Part shown: piece by piece, positions 34,502 through 44,700 of the stretch
Numbering within the stretch: the first letter of the stretch is position 1
How the letters are laid out: each line of letters opens with the position of its first letter
NCBI GenBank assembly: GCA_013416795.1
Contig: RQSC01000015.1
Span: 719,369 to 783,368 of the forward strand
From: Prasinococcaceae sp. CCMP 1430
Taxonomy: Eukaryota; Plantae; Prasinodermophyta
DNA length: 64,000 bases
Direction of reading: 5' to 3'
Position numbers and translations under genes: made by a program
Notes under the pieces: generated by a model
Databases searched by the model: none
Told to the model about the DNA's origin: nothing
The model's input: the letters and a program-made list of their open reading frames with translations, nothing else

Positions 34502-35311
34502 TTACGCCGCCATGGCGGCGGCTGCAGGCACGGCCTCGCCTCCCGCCTTCTCCTCCTCGACCTGCTCGAGCGCGGCGGTCGGGATGAGCGGCATCTTCTC
34601 GACGCGGGGCACCATCGCGATGGCCTTCAGGAAGGTCTCGTTGTCGTTGAGTGCCGCGGCGGCGCTGTTGTACCTGCACGCGGCATCCAGCACGACGGGC
34701 TTCGAGGCGGCGACCATCGCGGTCACCTGCGGCGAGGTGACGAAGGCCTTCCACGCGGACGAGACGGTCGCGAGCGCCTGCGCCTGCACGTCGAGAGCGA
34801 CCTCCACGCCCTTGGCGCGCGCGGACGCGATGGCCTCGCGCAGCCCCTCGAGCTGCGGCGAGACCTTGTCAGCGTAGAGCGACTGCACCTCGTCGGCGGC
34901 CTTCTCGATGGACACGAGGTACGCCTCCTTGAGGTCGTGCAGGCGCTGCGCGCCAGCGTCGACCGTCGGCTTGACGCGCTCGGTGTACACCGTCTCCGCG
35001 CGCGTGAGGTAGGCGTCCATGCGCTCGTCCACCGACGCGATCAGCTCGGGGGTGGCGTACTTCTCCAGGAGGGGGCGCGCGAGCCCGCTCACCGCCCCGG
35101 CGGCGAGCGTACCCTTCTCTTCGGCGTACACGACGTACGAGGCGTACGCGTCCGGCACGTACTTGGACTTGAGCGAGGAGTAGCTCTCGGCGATCATCGC
35201 CGCCGAGCGCTGCGCGAACGGCGCGACGACCTGCAGTCGCTTCAGCGCGGGCGCGTCGCCCTCCGCGTCGGGCGGGACGGGGTGCGTCTCGGGCGCCGTG
35301 TCGACGGCCAT
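34502..35311 (-). CDS. REF/SRPP/LDAP-like lipid-droplet coat protein
   Basis: LKRLQVV, ELIASVDERMD, VSSAW, RYN, MPLIPT match the REF-family pattern; all-helical amphipathic. Confidence 0.65.
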   Translation of the reverse strand: MAVDTAPETHPVPPDAEGDAPALKRLQVVAPFAQRSAAMIAESYSSLKSKYVPDAYASYVVYAEEKGTLAAGAVSGLARPLLEKYATPELIASVDERMDAYLTRAETVYTERVKPTVDAGAQRLHDLKEAYLVSIEKAADEVQSLYADKVSPQLEGLREAIASARAKGVEVALDVQAQALATVSSAWKAFVTSPQVTAMVAASKPVVLDAACRYNSAAAALNDNETFLKAIAMVPRVEKMPLIPTAALEQVEEEKAGGEAVPAAAAMAA

Positions 35312-36014
35312 GGCTGGCTTCGCTCTCTTCGCTCCCTGGGCTGGCCGCCGTGCGTGCGCGCGCTGTGGCGCGCGGGAAGGGGGGGGGGCACCCTGCTGAC
35401 AGTCCACGGCAAGAGCTTGATGGCGTTGAAGTCTGCCACGCACACGGCCAGCGTGAAGAGCGATGACGCGTTAGAGACGACCTGGCGCTGGGCGAAGCCC
35501 TCCTCGTCTGTAGCGGGCTGACGAGCCACTCGCAGTCTGAGTCGCGTCGGATAGGACACGTCTTTTGCACGCTCCGTACCATNCGCGGCGCCGGCGCGCG
35601 CGGACGACGGGCGACCCCAGCTGACGACCCGGCCGGCCGGGGCGTCGCGCGCAAAACGGTGGGTCGGTTGGTCGGGGGGTGCCTGGCATCGAATCGAGAC
35701 GACTCAAGCAAGTCATCGTGAAAAGAACCCACGGGCGTCGTGGAGCGCTGGAGCTTTTTGAGCTCCTCCTGTCCTCCTCGTCGAAGAGCAGTCTCTTCCA
35801 TCAACCGTCGTTGCCCTCGTCATAATAGCCATGGTACGGAGAACACAAAATATCTCGCATCGCGCGTGGGGGCGCGTCGCAGCCGGGCCCGGCCGAGCCG
35901 GCCGGGCCTGCGGAAGGGGCGTGCGTGTGTGTGTGAGGGAAAGGGACCGAAAAGCAAACCAGATTTTTTGGATTTCCGCGGGTGCAGGCCCACGAAAAGC
36001 TCTGGAAAGCGGAA

Positions 36015-37352
36015 ATGGATAACTCTCTGACGGCGGCGACTCAGCGCAGCGGTGCAGCGGAGCGGCGCGCGGGCGGCGGGCGCGCGTCGCCACACGGCGG
36101 CCGCGCAAGCTGGAGGGCCGCGGCAGAGCGAGGAGGGGGGGGAGGGGCAGAGGAATGGCGGCGATCGAAGGGGCGCGCGTCGGCGCCCGTCGACCTTCAG
36201 GGTTTGCGAGGGGGTCGTGGCTTCGGCGCGCCGCAGCCTCCGCCGCCGCCGCCGCACAAGCAGCAGCAGCAGCAAGGGCAGCGACAGCCGCTGGCGCCGC
36301 CCGCCGGCGAGGTCGACGCGGCCTCCCAGCCGCGGCGGAAGAAGGCGCCGAAGATCGTGACGCAGCGCAGGCAGGTGGACGAGATCCTGCGCAAGGCTGC
36401 GGCGGAGGGCGGGCGCGCACATCCGGACGTCGACTACAGCAAGGCCTCGCGGGGGCGCGCCGACTTCGTCAAGGTCTCCGACTGGGGCGGCGGCGACGGG
36501 GACGAGGACCTCGCCAACCTGAAGGTGGAGAGCTACGCCAACTCGTACAGCGACAACTTCGTCGACGCGCCGCTCTTCGAGGAGCTCACCAAGCGGCTCA
36601 CGCTGCTCGAGACCAACCACGAGCTGTCGGTGGCGTCCGTACGCGACCTGCCCCCGTTCGAGCGCTGGGCGTTCCGAAGGGAGCACTACGCGCAGTACCT
36701 GGCGGACTTGCGCGCTGTGCACACCTCCCTCGAATCGGCGATCGATGCCGCTGCTGGCGCCGCGGCGGCCATGGCCGTGGAAGCCAAGCGGGGCAAAGCG
36801 AAGGGCGCCGCCGAGCTCGCCGCCTCGGCGGACGCCCTGCTGTCGCCCCTCATGGAGCCAGAGATGCTGGGCGTGCGGCGAGCGCAGGCCCTCTCTGATG
36901 ACCTCGAGGCGCTGCTCGGGCCCGAGGGGGACGAGGCCCCTGCCCCGACCACCAACGCCGCGGCGTATGCCAAGCTTGTGTCCAGGTTCGGCGCCAAGGC
37001 AGCCGACTGCGAGTCGGACCTCCCGGCACGCGTCGACGCTGCGCGGGCGCTCTTCTCGCACGCCGTTTGCGTGTACCTGGCGCTGCTTGGCACGGGTCAG
37101 CGCTTCGGCGCGCGAGCGGTTGAGGCGCTGCCACAGGTGCGAGAGCGGCGCGCGCTCTCGACGTATGCGCGCTATCCCGAGCGCGTGGGCAACCCCTTGG
37201 TTGCTCTGAGTGCGGCTGTGGACGCCGCCGGCGCGAGCGGCGCGGTGGACGAAGCGGCGCGAGAGCGCTTGATGGCGGAGTTGCCGTCGGCCATTCAGCG
37301 CACCAGCGTGCTGCTCGCGCCGTTGGCTGTGGCCGACAAAGCGACCGAGTGA
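36015..37352 (+). CDS. Heme-oxygenase-fold protein, probably non-catalytic (start uncertain)
   Basis: YAQYLAD…VH..LE, GVRRAQAL.DDL, AAAYA..V, and LFSHA..VYLA..GTG..FG parallel plant HO1. Confidence 0.65.
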   Translation: MDNSLTAATQRSGAAERRAGGGRASPHGGRASWRAAAERGGGGGAEEWRRSKGRASAPVDLQGLRGGRGFGAPQPPPPPPHKQQQQQGQRQPLAPPAGEVDAASQPRRKKAPKIVTQRRQVDEILRKAAAEGGRAHPDVDYSKASRGRADFVKVSDWGGGDGDEDLANLKVESYANSYSDNFVDAPLFEELTKRLTLLETNHELSVASVRDLPPFERWAFRREHYAQYLADLRAVHTSLESAIDAAAGAAAAMAVEAKRGKAKGAAELAASADALLSPLMEPEMLGVRRAQALSDDLEALLGPEGDEAPAPTTNAAAYAKLVSRFGAKAADCESDLPARVDAARALFSHAVCVYLALLGTGQRFGARAVEALPQVRERRALSTYARYPERVGNPLVALSAAVDAAGASGAVDEAARERLMAELPSAIQRTSVLLAPLAVADKATE

Positions 37353-37408
37353 GGTGTAAAGAATTGCACTTCACCATTACATCGTCCTCTAGCCTCTATT
37401 TCCTTCTG

Positions 37409-39126
37409 TCAGTCGTCGTCCTCCTCCTCGGGGCTCAGGAGCCCCGCCTCCTCGAGCACCGTCTGGAAGGCCTCCTCATCGTCGTACTTGACACTCGGGA
37501 TGGGGTGCGAGTAGTGCGCGGCAATCTTGTCGACGATCTCCTGCTCGGCGCTTCCGGTGACAAGGTTGAACGCCGCGCCCTTGTTGCCGAAGCGGCCAGA
37601 GCGCCCGATGCGGTGCATGTACTGCGGGTCGCACGAACGCCAGCACGCGGGGTCAGCGCGCGCACGAGAGAGCGGCGTGGCGGACGACCGGGCGGGCGCG
37701 GGCAGCGCGCGGGCGATGGGCGCGGGCGGCTCGATCGCGCGGGGCAGCAGCGACGCACGGTTTCGTAGGCGGGCGTGGTGCTGTCCCTCTCCGTGGGCGC
37801 GTCGTAGTTGACCACCAGCGTGACGGTGCTCTGGTCGAAGCCGCGCGACAGGACGTCCGTGACCACGAGGATCTTGGTCTTGCCCTCTCTGAACTCGTCG
37901 ATGACGCGGTCGCGATCCTCGTGCTCCATGCCGCCCTGCAGGCTCGTGCACTTGTGCCCGATGTCGTCCAGCGCCTTGTGCAGCGCCGTCGCGCGTTCGC
38001 GCGTGCGGCAGAAGACGATCGCCTGCCCGAGCTTGTCGCACCAAGAGAGGATGCGCTCGCGCAGCACGGTGGTCTTGTCCTGCGACGTCGGGCACTGCAC
38101 CTGGTACTGCTTGATCACGTCGAGCGACAGCTTCTCGCGCGGCAGCACCACCTGGTTGACCGGCGGCGGCACCACCCGCTGGCAGAACTTCATCACGCTC
38201 TCCGAGAAGGTGGCCGAGAACAGCAGCACCTGCACGTGGCCATTGACGCGCGCGGTGGCCGTCTGGATGGTCTTGAACAGGCGCATCGAGTCGTCGGCGA
38301 AGCCGTCCCTGCTCAGCATCTGGTCGGCCTCGTCGAACACGAGGATCTTGATGCCCGACACGTTCAGCTGCTGGAAGCGGCCCGGCTTCATCCAGTTCTT
38401 GAGCGTGCCCGGCGTGCCGATCACCACCTGCGCGTCGATGGCGGGGCCCTTCAGCGGGCGCGCCTCGCCCGTGGTGGTGCATTTCAAGCCGGTGTACTTC
38501 CCCATTTTCTCCAGCACGCGTTTGTTCTGCAACACGAGCTCGCGCGTCGGGCAGACGCACAGCGCCTGCGGCTGCGCGACGGACGGGTCGCACCGCGAGA
38601 GCATGCCGAGGGTGAAGCAGGTGGTCTTGCCGCTGCCGTTGTGCGCCTGTGCGATGAGGTTGGTGTTGGGCGGCTGGATGATCATGGGCAGCGTCTCGGC
38701 CTGGATCTTCGACGGTTTCTCGAACTTCATCTCCGCGTACAGCCCCTTGAGCAGCTCCGCGCTCAGACCGAGCTCATCGAAGCTCTTGGCAGCGGTGTAG
38801 ATGCCATCCTGCACCTTCACCTCCAGCTTGACTTCTGCTGCCTCGGCCTCGGGGTCGAGCCCCTTCGCGGGGATCCCCACGCCGTCCGCCGCCGAGTCCT
38901 GCACGCCGTCCTCGAGCTCGCCCTCCTTGGGCGCGACCGACGCGCCCGCGAGCGTGTCAGCGACGGCGTCGGCGGCAGCTCCCGCCGCCGATCCGGCACC
39001 CGCATCGTCGGACCCCTGATCGCCGCCGCTCGCGACTCCTTCGAAGCCCGGCGGCGCCGCCGGCGCCGCCTCCTCGCTGTCCGAGTCGGACGCGGCGAGG
39101 TCGAGACGCGGCGCGTCGAACGGCAT
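37409..39126 (-). CDS. DBP5: DEAD-box mRNA export helicase Dbp5/DDX19/LOS4 (intron 37622-37758)
   Basis: KPSKIQ, AHNGSGKT, PTREL, DEAD, SAT, and spliced PAYETYMHRIGRSGRFG. Confidence 0.93.
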
Positions 39127-39903
39127 CGCCGCGCGTTTGCGCCCTCCCCTTCTTGCCCCGCCCTTCCCTCGGCGGCAGCCCCTGTGAGGCCCACGATCCG
39201 CGCCGGCCGGGCGCGCGCGGCGGCGACGCCACGGAGGGCTGCGGGCGGGCGGCGGCGGCGGCGGCCGGTCCGTGCTGGTCGAGCGGTGTGGCGCACACAC
39301 GCGCACGCACCGCGCGTCTCTCGCTGCCGCTGCCCGCCTCCGCACGTGATGGCAAAAAAAAAAAAAAATGTCACGACCCGCGCGGCCGTCCGGATCCGGA
39401 TCCCATTCAACGCGCGCCCGCGCCCTCGCCGGCCGCGCAAACATCATTTTGAATGAAAACGAGCTGCATGTATACTCTCCCGTGGGGTGTATTCATCTGA
39501 CGGATTGGGATTCGACTGGCGCGAGTGCGTTCGAATTTTAATTAACCCTACCTCAAATCACCGACCGGGCCAACCGAACCCCAAACCCTACGCCGCGCCC
39601 GCCGATCGCGCGCGCGCCGGCGGCTGCGCATTACAAACGCAGTGGAGTCGCAGCAGCGCGGAGCGGAGCGGAGGAAGCTGCCGGTCCTTTTGCCGAGGCC
39701 GCTCCTTTTTTTTTTTTTGGACGGATTTGCGCGCGCTTTTTTTTTGTAGCGCCCGCGCGGCCGCGGGGTGCTCCCCCGTCTCGCGCGGGATGAGGCGCCT
39801 GGCGCGTTCCCCAAGCGGTCGTGCGCGCGCGGCGCAGCGCACGCGCGCCACTGCGTGCCCTCACCATCCCCACCACCGCAGGCACGCTCGCTGCCTCCTC
39901 GCA

Positions 39904-42667
39904 ATGGACGAGGGGGCACGCGGGGCGGCGACGGCGGCCGCCGCGGTCGGCAGCGGGGCGACGCGCTTGCCCCCCGCCACACACACACAGACTTCCCGGG
40001 CCGTCCTCCATCCAGCGGTGGAGGCGATCGCACGGTGCCGCTCCTGCGCCGCGTCGCTGCCCGCAGACGGCGCGATGCGAGCTGCTGCTGACCTGTGCGT
40101 GCGACACCGCCCGCCCCCTACCCACTCGCGCCGGCCTCACCCCGCCGCGCCTCGGATCCGATCCGATCCGATCCGATCCGATCCATCCGCGCCGGCGATG
40201 CAGGAGGTGGCGCGCGGCGGCGGCGGCGGCGGCGGCGCGACGCGGCGCCAGCACAGCCGAGGCGGCTGCCGTGCTGCAGCGCGACAATGCGGCATGCGTC
40301 GTGCTCTTTGCCGAGGCGAACGGAGAGGAATCGGAGCTGCGCGTGCAGCAGGCCATCCCGATAGCGTCGCACGCGCTGCTGCTGGCATCGCCGTCGGGAC
40401 CCACCCCCTTGCAGCTCGACGCCGACGTTGACGGAGTGCACGTGAGCCTCGACGTTGCAAGCACGGCCGGCGCGGCGGCGCTCGAGGGCGGCCTTGCGCT
40501 CGCGGCACGCGTAGCCGCCCAAAATGAGCGCAAACCGCTGCGGCGGATGGCCGCGGCCCGGCTCGCCGTGGACGTGCGCTCTCTCGGCAGCGGCGGTGCA
40601 GGGCTGGGGAGCGGGTCTACCGTCGGCGCGTGCAGGCGCGCGTCGACGCTTATGGACCTGGCGATAGCGGATGGAAGCCGCTGTGCTGTGGCAGACGCAA
40701 GGTTGAGCCTGCTGCTAGGCCCACCCGCCGTGCGCGCGGGTGCGCTGCTTGGCGTGGTCGACACGCTGTCACAAGGCTCGCGAGCCCCGTTCGCCGCGCG
40801 GCGGCGCGCAGCAGCGATGCTCGCCGCCGCCGCGCTGTGGCCGCTTCCCGCTGATGCGGCGCTGTGCGGTGGTGATATGGAGGACCGAGCGAGGGTAGCA
40901 GTGGGGGCGCTACGGCGCTTCGCCTCGCGCGAGGAGTCGCAGGATGCCGAAGCGGCTCTGAGCGAGTACCTATACGCCGAAGCAGCGCAGCGCAGCGCTG
41001 GGCGGATGGCAGCCTCGGCCTCGGCCGCAGTGCGCCTTTCACCACAGCGCCACGCGCTCTCCGATGGGCTCCTGAGCGGTTCAGGAGCGCTGCAGGCGCC
41101 TGAAAGCGACATGCGAACGCCCGCTGCGAGCGCACCGGCGCCACGCACGGGCGCCGCTGATGTGCGCATCAGCGGATCCAGCTCTTCAGCGAACTCAGCA
41201 CCTCAGCGAATCATGCACGCGCTGCCAACAGTGCCCAAGGGGTCGACGCAGTCTGAGCGGGGCTCGCGAACGCCGGAGAGCAAATCACCAGCCCCCGCAG
41301 CCGCGGCTGTGCCACCGGGCTCTAGCTCGTCGCCGCCAACGATGTCGCCATCAGCTGCGGTAGCGGCGGCGACCCTCGGCGCGCTCGCCGGCGGCGGAGT
41401 AGCTGAGACAATGGCCGCAGTGGGCTCCCCTGCACGTACTCCGTCGCGCGTCGAGTCGGCTGTCAGAGGCGAAAGATCAGCCGGCCAGCGCTACAGTGGT
41501 GTGAGTGCGAAGAGGACCTCGCACGCTGCCGACGAAAGCGACAGCAACTTCGCGCAGGCTTTGACAACGGAGACACCACCGCCGCGGCGCCAGGAGGGGG
41601 ACGAAGGTGAGGGGCCACACGCAGATGAACGCACATCGCTCTCCAAGCAGCCCTGGGAGGCATCGCTGGAGGATGCACAGTCGGGAGCTGGTTCGGCCAG
41701 CGGGTCAGTGCAGCGTGAGCCCCGGGCGAGCACGCCGCCACGTGCGCCGTCGCCGAGCCAGGACGTCGACCGAGCTGCCTCTTCCGCAGCTGCCTCCGCG
41801 TCGACAATAGAAGCACCTTCCTCGCCCATTGCTCTTTCACCTGCGAAGGAGCTCGCTACAAGACTGCGAGCCGCCGCGCTCGCCGAGAGCTCTAGTCCGC
41901 CACAGTGGACCTCACCGAGAGCCGAAGGGGGCACAGATTCGCCCGCCCATGAATCTCCTGCGAGGAGCCTCGCTGCAAGGTTGCGGGCCGCCGCCGTCGC
42001 CGGGAGCTCCACCCCGCTGTCGCCGACCTCGCCGAGAATTCAACGGGACACCCACTCGCAGGGGCACTCGCAGGCGCAGCATCCCTCATCCCAGAACGCG
42101 CTGGCGGACCTCGTGGACGAGCAGCTCGCGCTCTCGCGCCAGCGCTTCGAGGGCGCCGTCGCGATGGCGCGTGAGTACGCGGGCGCCGTTCATACCCTGA
42201 GGGCGCTCGCCCCCACCGCCGAGCTCGCCCTGACCATGTCCAAGAGCGTCGACGAGGGGGCGCAGCTACTGCGCGAACAGGAGCAGCAACAGCATCGGCG
42301 CCGACAGCATGGGCGCGCGAGGAAGCACCAGCCCGCGCGGCAGCCGGCGCCCGTTCCGCACGTGCGCCTGAGCCTGCAGGACATCATGACGGAGGGTTTG
42401 CGCGCGAGCCCGCTGGCAAAGCGTCCAGACGTCGTGGTGGACAGCGCGCCGGATGCCGATCCGAAGCAGCCCGCCGGCGCGCCAGCAACCCGATCGTCCG
42501 AGCGCGAGTACACCAGCCCCGTCGCGAGGCAGCTCAAGGAGGCAGCAGATCGGCTGACCGCCATGCGGCTCGGCTACAGTGCCTCGCCGCGCGCGCCGCG
42601 AGCGGCCGCATCAGCAGGCTCGCTTGGGGGGGGACAAGAGGCTCTCGCTCCAGCTCTATCTGGGTAG
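39904..42667 (+). CDS. Hypothetical Ala/Ser/Pro-rich protein (exons 39904-40034 and 40204-42667)
   Basis: Phase-compatible GT..AG intron with CTGAC joins the ATG exon to an >800-codon ORF; no recognisable domain. Confidence 0.55.
40155..40188. repeat. (GATCC)6 microsatellite in a predicted intron
   Basis: Direct reading. Confidence 0.9.
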
Positions 42668-42739
42668 GAGGAGCTCGAAGCCTCGTAATGATCTGAGACG
42701 TAACGTTGTGTACAAATGTGTGCGTGGCGCGTATCACTC

Positions 42740-43802
42740 TCACTCTGGTGGCTTGTAGGACGCCAGTGGCGACTCACCGGGAGTCTCCTCTGGCATGCGC
42801 GTGCGCTGCGGCTGGAAGCCGTCGCCCATCAGCGCCTTGGTAGGGTCGCGCAAGAATTGGTTCTCGGCATCCTCAGAGTGGTAGATGCAGCTGACCTCTG
42901 GCGAATCGTTGATATCACCCACTGCGCCGAGCGCGCGCGCACACACATGACGGGTGGAGGGCGGGGAGGCGAGTAATAGGTCAGTGGCAGCAACGCCAAA
43001 CGCAGATGCGTATTGAGAGCGGGGGACTCGGCTTGATCGTGGGCGGCGCTGGCGCATGCTGAGCGCGAGCGACACACCGAAGCCGAACGTCGACTTGGTC
43101 TGCTGACACTGCGACACCTCCCTGTTCGTGAGCAGGTCCCTCTTCTCCAGCACGCGCCAATTGCTCGGCCGCATGACGCAGCCGGGCTTGACCTCGGGCT
43201 GGCTGATGTACACGTTGAAGGGGTTGAGCGAGAGGAAGACGCGCGTGTCCATCACCATGGCGGAGTATCCGTTCTCCAAGCAAATGTCACGGTTGGGCGC
43301 CATTTGATCGACGACTTCGCGCGTCGCGATGTTGTTCGGGTCGATGTTGATGGCCGAGTCGACGCTCACGCCCGCGCCAATGCCGAAGAGGAAGGCTGCC
43401 GCGATGGTCGGAAACATCGACTTCGCGCCCGGAGGCGGGGGCGGCCTGCCACCGCTGCCGCCGCCACCCATCCCACCGCCGCCGCCGCCGCCCGGTCCGC
43501 CGAACCGCGGGGGTGCTATGCCTCCTCCGTCGTCCCACCGCGACTGCTGCTGTTGCTGCTCCTGCTGCGGGCGCGGCGGCGGCGCTCCGGACCGCGCCGC
43601 CGCCACGTCGCCATATCGGCGCGAGGAGCTCTCGAGCTCGCTCTCCCGCGTGGCGAAGTAGCTCTCCCCACCGCTCGAGCCTGCGGCGTCGCCCTCGCCC
43701 TCGCCGTAGCCCCAATCACCGCCGCCGCCGCCGCCGCGCCTTCGCCTTCGCCGCGCGTCGCCCTCGCCGTTGCGGCCCCTCGCGCGCGCCCTCGCGCTCG
43801 CC
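42740..43802 (-). CDS. DUF3172-family protein of cyanobacterial type (intron 42922-43077; 5' end in gap)
   Basis: TM helix, then APN…C…G.SA.VMD.RVF..LNPFNVY..QP…PGCV.R..NW…C….TFGF|VGD…P…C.Y. Confidence 0.8.
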
Positions 43803-44002
43803 NNNNNNNNNNNNNNNNNNNNNNNNNNNNNNNNNNNNNNNNNNNNNNNNNNNNNNNNNNNNNNNNNNNNNNNNNNNNNNNNNNNNNNNNNNNNNNNNNN
43901 NNNNNNNNNNNNNNNNNNNNNNNNNNNNNNNNNNNNNNNNNNNNNNNNNNNNNNNNNNNNNNNNNNNNNNNNNNNNNNNNNNNNNNNNNNNNNNNNNNNN
44001 NN

Positions 44003-44700
44003 CGCGGCTTCCGCGCGCGCGGCGACGTCGGCGCGCGCCGCTGCGTGCCCGCTGTCCGCCGCGCTGCCCACGTGGGACGACGACCGCAGGAAGCGCGAGG
44101 GCGACGCGCGGAGGCGCATGGGCGACATTCTGAAGGCGTGCCTCGGCGTGGTGCGCGCGCTGCTCACGCACCGGTGGGCGTGGCCCTTCGCCAAGCCTGT
44201 GGACGCCGCCACGCTCGGGCTGGCGGACTACTACAAGGTGATCACGCGGCCGATGGACCTCGGCACGGTGAAGACGCGCCTCGACAAGGCCATCTACACG
44301 CACCCCGCGCAGGTGCTGTCAGACATGCGGCTGGTGTTTGAGAACGCGCGCGCGTACAACGCGCCGCGCTCGGACGTGTGGGTGATGGCCGGCACGATGG
44401 CGGAGCGGCTGGAGGAGCGCTGGGAGGCGCTCGTGGAGCCCAAGCTCGCCGAGGAGCGCGCGCGCGTGCGCGCGGAGGAGGAGGCGGAGGAGCTCGCGGC
44501 GGCGCTGGCGAAGGACAGAGGCGAGGCCGCCGCGGCGGAGCGGCGCTACGCCGCGCTGGCACGCACGCTCACCGCCGTGGACCGCGCGCTGGCGGGCATC
44601 CGCTCGGAGGCGCGCTTCGCCGCGGGCGCGCGGCCGAGCAAGGAGGAGCGCGCGGAGCTCAAGGCGGCGCTGCAGGCGCTCGGGCCGGAGTGGGAGGCGG
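44003..44700 (+). CDS. GTE1/BET-like bromodomain protein; 5' end in gap, ET domain truncated
   Basis: HRWAWPF.KPVD…L.DYY..I..PMDLGT, LVFENA..YN, coiled coil, and ET start SKEERAEL..AL..L. Confidence 0.85.
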
